NCBI RefSeq assembly: GCF_009914755.1 | Contig: NC_060938.1 | DNA: 64,000 nt | Direction: 5' to 3' (one strand) | Source: the human T2T-CHM13v2.0 reference genome, Homo sapiens | Shown: piece by piece, positions 57,500 through 64,000 of the stretch | Layout: each line of letters opens with the position of its first letter | Position numbering within the stretch: the stretch's first letter is position 1 | Translations under genes and position numbers: made by a program | The notes under the pieces: generated by a model | Database searches by the model: none | What the model was told of the DNA's origin: nothing | The model's input: only the letters and a program-made list of their open reading frames with translations

Positions 57500-57737
57500 A
57501 GTAATTCTTTCATTGTTGTGGTTGCCTTGTGCAAGATTGTGGCCTTTCCGAGTGTTAAAAAGCTAGCTCTTGTTGTTAGGTATATAAGTAATTATTTTGT
57601 TGTTGTGGTTATTCTGAGTGTTATAAAGCTAGCTCTTGTTCTCAGGGATATAAGTAATTCTTTTATTGTTGTGGTTGCCTTTGTTCAATTTGTGGTTTTT
57701 TGGAGTGTTATAAAGCTAGGTCTTGTTCTCAGGGGTA
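57500..57737. repeat. About 60-80-bp imperfect tandem repeat, about 3 copies, in LTR-like sequence
   Basis: gagtgtta(a/t)aaagctag(c/g)tcttgtt…aagtaatt…ttgttgtggtt repeated; the paralog at about 21870-21950 appears to have a single copy. Confidence 0.7.
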
Positions 57738-58711
57738 TGTGCATGAGAAGCTTCCATCCATGGCCTTCCCCAGCTCCATTTGTCAGGGTTTGAACACAGG
57801 GGACTCCAGTTGGATTCCGACAAATTTTACAAGCTCTTCTAACACTACTGGTGAAGAAGGTGACTCTGTGACAGTTTACACAGCACAGGATCAATTCCAC
57901 ATCCTCACCCCATTTTGACCAAAGAAGCTTGTGCCCTCATTACTAATGGCCACACGCGTTCTCAGACGCGTCTCCAGAAAACAGAGTGGAGTATCCTGAA
58001 CAATGAGAGAGAAGAAAGTCTCAGCAGCCTCTCCCAATGGCTGCAGGAGTCACAGCCTGAGCCCCACCTAAGCTCCAGGGAAAGGGCTTGAGCCCCAGGA
58101 TTTAGACCACAGGGACAACATCCTTTTATCCAGAAAGCAGGAAAATCAAATGGAAAAGCGAGAACCACTAAAAATGAAAGTCAGGAAGCACCAGATCAGT
58201 GCTGATACTCATTTGCATACTTTATTGTCAGGAGAAATGTCATACATAAAATCTGTGAGGTCCTACATGACACTGAACCTGGTCCAGCCTCTCTCTTGGC
58301 TGTAATCGAAATCCCTAAAAGCCATTCTAGTCAGGGAATCCCATTGAGGTTACTGTCCTGAGTCTGACTGGAGAAGACTCACCAGGCACCCCTGAGCTTC
58401 CTCACAACTCTGATGCTGGTGACCATGGTTGAGGAGTTTTCATTCCCGTAGGTGGCAATATACATATTGTGCATGTGAGAATGAGTCCTCGTATTATAAT
58501 GATTTAAAAAAATATATGTAGAGATGACATTGGTGGGCACAGAAATCTAAAATTAAAGAGTTTCCCTAGGGAAACTGTCAGAAGCAGAGGAAGTCCCAAA
58601 TCCTGACAGGAAACAAACCCCAGCCTCCATGTGCACCTGCTCTGGGGTTGACTCTGATGAGTGGGCCCTGAGCACCCCCTGCAGCTGATTTCGCCCAGTG
58701 TTCCTGCAGGA

Positions 58712-58750
58712 GGTTTGTGTCTGGGCTCGCACTTGTGTCCCCTCACAGGA
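58712..58750 (-). promoter_or_regulatory. Defective 23-RSS of IGHV3-16 (heptamer TCCTGTG)
   Basis: TCCTGTG (58750-58744), 23-bp spacer, ACACAAACC; the invariant CAC is lost. Confidence 0.93.
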
Positions 58751-59204
58751 TTTCTCACACAGTAATACACAGCCATGTCCTCGGCTCTCCGTCTGTTCTT
58801 TTGCAGATACAGGGAGTTCCTGGAATTGTCTCTGGAGATGATGAATCGGCGCTTCACGGAGTCCACATAGTGCGTCCTACTGCCATTCCAACTAACACCC
58901 GATACCCACTCCAGCCCCTTTCCTGGAGCCTTGCGGGCCCAGTTCATGTCACTGTTACTGAAGGTGAATCCAGAGGCTGCACAGGAGAGTCTCAGGGACC
59001 CCCCAGGCTGTACCAAGCCTCCCCCAGACTCCACCAGCTGCACCTCACACTGGACACCTGCAAACACAGAGACACCCTGGTCAGAAACTGCCACACATAT
59101 CCACTGTTTCTCTCACTCATGTCCACTCACTCAATATCCTTAGTTCTCCATGAATCACCTTTTAAAATACCAGCAAGAAAAACCCAGCTCAGCCCAAATT
59201 CCAT
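58751..59204 (-). CDS. IGHV3-16: Ig heavy variable 3-16, ORF/non-functional (leader 59204-59159, V exon 59057-58751)
   Basis: Leader [16 protein letters not shown]; …[69 protein letters not shown]; open frame but non-canonical heptamer. Confidence 0.95.
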
Positions 59205-59324
59205 GGTAATTTGTTTATTGCTGTTGACCCAATAGAAACACCTGAGAATCCCAGGGCTGGGGCTTCTCTCCCAGGGCTGCAGGGTCAGGGCTGCGCTGCT
59301 TTTCATCAGAAAAGGGAGGGTCCT

Positions 59325-59332
59325 ATTTGCAT
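59325..59332 (-). promoter_or_regulatory. VH promoter octamer (IGHV3-16)
   Basis: ATGCAAAT at the conserved position. Confidence 0.9.
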
Positions 59333-59687
59333 GTCTCCTATTATATAGCAAGCTCTGAAGTGGGACACCTGAGGAGAGGACTGAGCCCAGAGTAATGAGA
59401 GTGAAATAGCAAACCTGAACAACTACAAATAAAAGAAAAAAAAAACCTTCAACATATCAGAGTTGATATCATGGAGCAAACATAAACTGAAAATTTGAGG
59501 ATAGGGGTTGATAGGGAGACCCAGGATGCATATATGAGTGTGCCTGGGGCAGGTGTCGCTCCATGGCATTTAAGCTAACCTGGAAACACTTAGAGTTCCT
59601 TGAGGATGTGCGCATTAACGGTGTTGGAGTGTGAAGCTTTTAGTGCCATATACTGTTGCAGGCTTTCCTTACGAAGTTTGAAATATC

Positions 59688-60585
59688 CCAGATGACCTCA
59701 CACTCACACAGTGTGACCTTGCACATCCCCAAGGTCACCTCACACTCACCCAAGGTGACCTTGCACATCCCCCAGGTCACCTCACATGTGCCCTGAGTCA
59801 CCTCACACATCCCCAATGTCACCTTACACATCCCCCAGGTCACCTCACACATTCCTGTGGCCACCTCACACAAGTCCCTATTCACCTCACACATCCCGCA
59901 GGTCACCTCGTAAATCTGCTAGGTCACCACACACATGCACCAGGTCACCTCATGCATTCCTCAGGCACTTCACACCTGCCCCTGTTCACCTCACACATCC
60001 CCCAGGTAAACTAACACATGCACCAGGTCACCTCACATGCACCCAGGTCACTGCACACATGCCCTTTGTCAGCTCATACATTTCCCTAGGTCACCTCACA
60101 CATCCCCCAGGTCAACTCAGATGTGCCTTAGGTGACCTCACATGTGCTCAGGTCACCTCACACGTCAGGGGGGTCACCTCACATATACCCCATGTCACCT
60201 CACACACACTCCTGCTAAGCTCACACACCCCCCACGTCACCTCGAATGCTCCCAGGTCACCTCACACATTCCCCCAGGTCACCTCACACATTCCCCATGT
60301 CACCTCACACGTCCCCCAGGTCACCTCACACGTCGGCCAGGTCACCTCACACATGCCTGAGGTCACATCATACATATCCAAGTCACCTCACGAATTCCCC
60401 ATGTCACCTCATACATGTCCAGGTAACCTCACACGCACCCAGGCCACCACACATGCACCCTGGGTCACCTCACATGTGCCCAAGTTCACCGCACACATAC
60501 CCCCAGGTAACCTTACACCTCCCCCAAGTCACCTCACTGTCACGTGACCAGGGCACCTCACCTTCATACAGGTCCATTCACACAT
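59688..60585. repeat. About 21-bp minisatellite (caggtcacctcacacatcccc), about 40 copies
   Basis: Repeated ggtcacctcacac units; explains the repetitive ORFs in this interval. Confidence 0.93.
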
Positions 60586-60657
60586 GCTATCATACATGCA
60601 TACATTATGGAATTGTTAATCAAGCTATTTAACATATCCAGCACCTCATAAATGTAT

Positions 60658-60912
60658 TTCTTTTTTTTTTTTGAGACTGAGTCTCACTCTGTCACCCCGG
60701 TTGGAGTGCAGTGGTATGATCTTGGCTCACTGCAGCCTTTGCTTCAAGCAATTCTCCTGTGGTGAACACCACGCCTGGCTAATTTTTGTGTTTTTAGTGG
60801 AGACAGGGTTTCACCATCTTGGCAAGTCTGGTCTTGAACTCCTGACCTTGTGATCCACCCACCTCGGCCTCCGAAAGTGCTGGGTTTACAAGTGTGAGCC
60901 CCCGCTCCCGAC
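60658..60912 (-). mobile_element. Alu with an internal deletion, inside an L1MA 3' fragment (to about 61235)
   Basis: Poly-T, then gagactgagtctcactctgtc…gtgagccccc. Confidence 0.85.
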
Positions 60913-61239
60913 CTGTATAATTTCTTAGTGGGAAAAAATTTTAACATTTGCATGTTTAGCCATTTTGAAATATATAATGCATTCACAGCCATATTTTCCA
61001 TCTTGTGCATTAGAACACTGTAACTTACTCCTTCTGTCTAACTGGAACATTTTACACTTTGACCACAATCTCTCCTTTTCCAGTCCACCCCTCCAGCCCC
61101 TGGTAACCAACATTCTATTCTACTTCTGTGAGTCTACCATTTAAACAAACTACAGTGAAATCACGAATCACTTGTCTTCTGCGCCTGCTTGTTGCACTTC
61201 ACGTGTGGTCCTCTAGAGTCATGATTGCTGTCGCATTTC

Positions 61240-61846
61240 AAAACCAATCATGCCTGTTCAAGAGTCTGCCAAAGTCTTAACTCATTTGAGCCTTAACTCA
61301 AAAGTCCACAGTCCAAGGTCTCATTTGAGATGAGGCAAGTCTCTTCCATCTATGAGCCTGTAAAATAAAAACCAAGTCAGTTACTTCCTAGAAAGAATGG
61401 GAGTTCAGGCATTGTGTAAATACAGCCATTCCAAATGGAGAAATTGGTCCAAACTACAGGTCCCATGCAAGTCTGAAATCCAGCTGGGAAGTCAAATCTT
61501 AATGTTCCAAAATAATCTTCTTTGACTCCATGTCTCAAATCCAGGTTACCTGATGTAACAAGTGGGTTCACATGGTCTTGGGAAGTTCTGCCCCTGTGAC
61601 AGAACTTTTTTAAAACTTTTCAAATGAAAAGTTTTAAAAAACTTTTGCAGGGCACAGTCTCCCTCCTGGCTGCTTTCACGAGCTGGCATTGAGGGTATGT
61701 GGTTTTTCCAGAAACATGGTGCAAGCTGTCAGTGGATCTACCATTCTGGGTTCTGGAGGGCAGTGGCTTTCTTCTTACAGCTCCACTAGGTGGTACACCA
61801 GTAGAAACTCTGTGTGGGATTTCCGACCCCACATTTCCCTGCCACA
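61240..61846 (-). mobile_element. THE1/MST internal-region fragment
   Basis: Reverse-complement similarity to the THE1 internal sequence at 44430-44960. Confidence 0.75.
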
Positions 61847-62015
61847 CTGGGACTAAAGGCTTGTGCCACAATACCTGGCTAATTTTTGTATTTTTAGTAG
61901 AGACGGGGTTTTACCCTGTTGACCAGGCTGGTCTCAAACCCTTGACCCCAGGTGATCTGCCTGCCTAAGATTCCCAAAGTGCTGGGATTACAGGCTTGAG
62001 CCACCATGCCTGGCC
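61847..62015 (-). mobile_element. Partial Alu
   Basis: ggctaatttttgtatttttagtagagacggggtttt…gagccaccatgcctggcc. Confidence 0.85.
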
Positions 62016-63224
62016 AAGATTAATATAACTATGTCATTTAATGATGTATTTGAAAACTTCATGGTTCTACAAACACACATACATACACAACAGCCCAGCA
62101 AAGACACATACATGTGCCCATGCAAAAGTGAATGTATATCTAAACACCAAAACAGCACACCCATTTGTTTCATATTTTTTTTATTACTTAATTGAATTTA
62201 AATTGTGTTTGCAGTTTGAGGTTGTAGTAGAAAATAATGCTCTTCTACGTGTATGTCTGCCTATTCCAATACTAAAAAGACAAATATATTTAAATACATG
62301 TTTTGTTAAAGCTGAATGTAAATGCTGTTCTTGCCAAATATGTCACTCAAATGTGCAATGGTATTAACTTTAAATATCAGTCTGTTTTTAATAAATTGAA
62401 TAACTAATAGGACAAACGTTGTATTACATTATTTGTTAAATTTAGATTGTAGTTTTCAAACTAGGCAAGATAAAATTGTTTCATTTGAAAAATTTTTAAA
62501 AAACTTTTTTGGCATGAATATTCAATACAAACTCTAGTATTTATTTGTCAATATTCCTTTACAACAGAGAACATCCAGGAATATGAAACTGAACACAGTC
62601 CATGATTTTCAGGGCTCACTCACAATGGCATCTTCCTAGAGGGTGGTCTCAGAGGGTCCAAGCACATGGGGATTTGGACTTGATCATCAAAACACTAGTG
62701 AGCCCCAGGGCTGAGCACACAGAGGGCAGCAGGAGCTGCAGAGCCCACTCTGTGGTACTTAGGGAAACGAGGAGATGGTCTGCAGGACCCTGGAAAAGGG
62801 TGAGTTAGGGCAGAGAGTCTGCAGGTAGACGAGCATATTCTAAGGAGAACCATTATCCTCTAAACTTGGTTGGCTTCAGTGATTATGAAGAGAAGGGAAC
62901 TGATTCAACAGACTTGGAGGTCAGAAAGTAAAGGGACTTTCTTTTTCCTTCATGGAGACTGAGGAAAGTAAAATACTTTCAAAGAGAAAGGGAAGATGGA
63001 GAAATAGTCTGAAAAACAGGACACCTGAAGCCAACCAAAATGGAGAACAAGAGCATTTAAAGTCGTGTTTAATTTCCAAAAACAGCAGATGAAAGAAAAA
63101 TAAACAAAATACCATGTATATGCTGAGTTAATGTTAAAAAACATGTACAATTGTTTGACTATTACAGCACAAAAATACAAAACTCTAATCATTGAAACAG
63201 TTTGTATTGAGGGTATACATTTTC

Positions 63225-63505
<281 letters not shown>

Positions 63506-63808
63506 TTTTTATAACTTTACTATTTTAATAATAGTATTATTTTTAATCAAGAAAATATATAAATAACCTATTGTAAAAATTGTCCTGAGAGATCATTGCT
63601 AGTATTACTTGGAAAATATGCAGCATTAAAAGTTGAATTAAATTCCTGTTCTAAGTTAATGTTTTGTAGGTAAAAGTAATCATGGACTTACAAGGAAGAA
63701 ATGGTGAGAGATCCTGGGGAAGACTTTTGCTTGACCAGGTCGGGAATCACCAAGGTTTAAAAGAAAACCACAGCCTCTCAGGCTTCTGATTTGGAGCTGC
63801 CTCCTAAG

Positions 63809-64000
63809 AGAACCCCCGTGTACTGAGCGCCCCCTGGTGGTTCTGAGTGCCCCTGGTGTCATGAGCGCCCCCTCGTGGTACTGAGGGCACTCTGATATCC
63901 TGAGCACCCCTGATGCTTCTGAGCGCCCCCAGGTGTCCTGAGCGCCCCCTGGTGGTTCTGAGCGCCCCCTGGTGTCCTGAGCGCCCCCTGGTGGTCCTGA
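63809..64000 (-). repeat. Second CTCF-core minisatellite (runs off the window end; probable 3' flank of IGHV(III)-16-1)
   Basis: Same 19/20-bp units; exact cores at 63827, 63942 and 63981; same entry sequence ggagctgcctcctaag as the first array. Confidence 0.9.

Noticed and set aside
58211-58218. Isolated octamer about 500 bp 3' of the IGHV3-16 RSS
   Set aside because: No leader exon follows, and the paralogous position near 22460 lacks it; probably chance.
59640-60632. 253-aa His/Pro/Thr-rich ORF and Cys-heptad ORF
   Set aside because: By-products of a stop-poor 21-bp tandem repeat.

Overview
Human (primate) immunoglobulin heavy-chain variable locus (IGH, 14q32.33). All V segments lie on the minus strand, so D-J-C lies towards lower coordinates. 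Order: IGHV3-11 (functional), IGHV(III)-11-1, IGHV1-12, a clan II V pseudogene resembling IGHV(II)-46-1 that I do not recall being named at this position, IGHV3-13 (functional), IGHV(III)-13-1, IGHV1-14, IGHV3-15 (functional), IGHV(II)-15-1 and IGHV3-16 (ORF with a defective heptamer). The window ends in what is probably the 3' flank of IGHV(III)-16-1. Intergenic DNA is dense in L1 (three twin-primed inversions), Alu, MaLR (a complete THE1 LTR-int-LTR element), MER4 and MER57. The most notable non-gene structure is a CTCF-motif architecture. Single motifs of graded quality sit just 3' of the RSSs, and two paralogous tandem arrays built from the CTCF core (CCACCAGGGGGCGC) sit behind dead clan III pseudogenes, all pointing towards D-J-C. 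Gene, allele and repeat names come from recall of the families, not database searches, and repeat boundaries are approximate unless a TSD is quoted.
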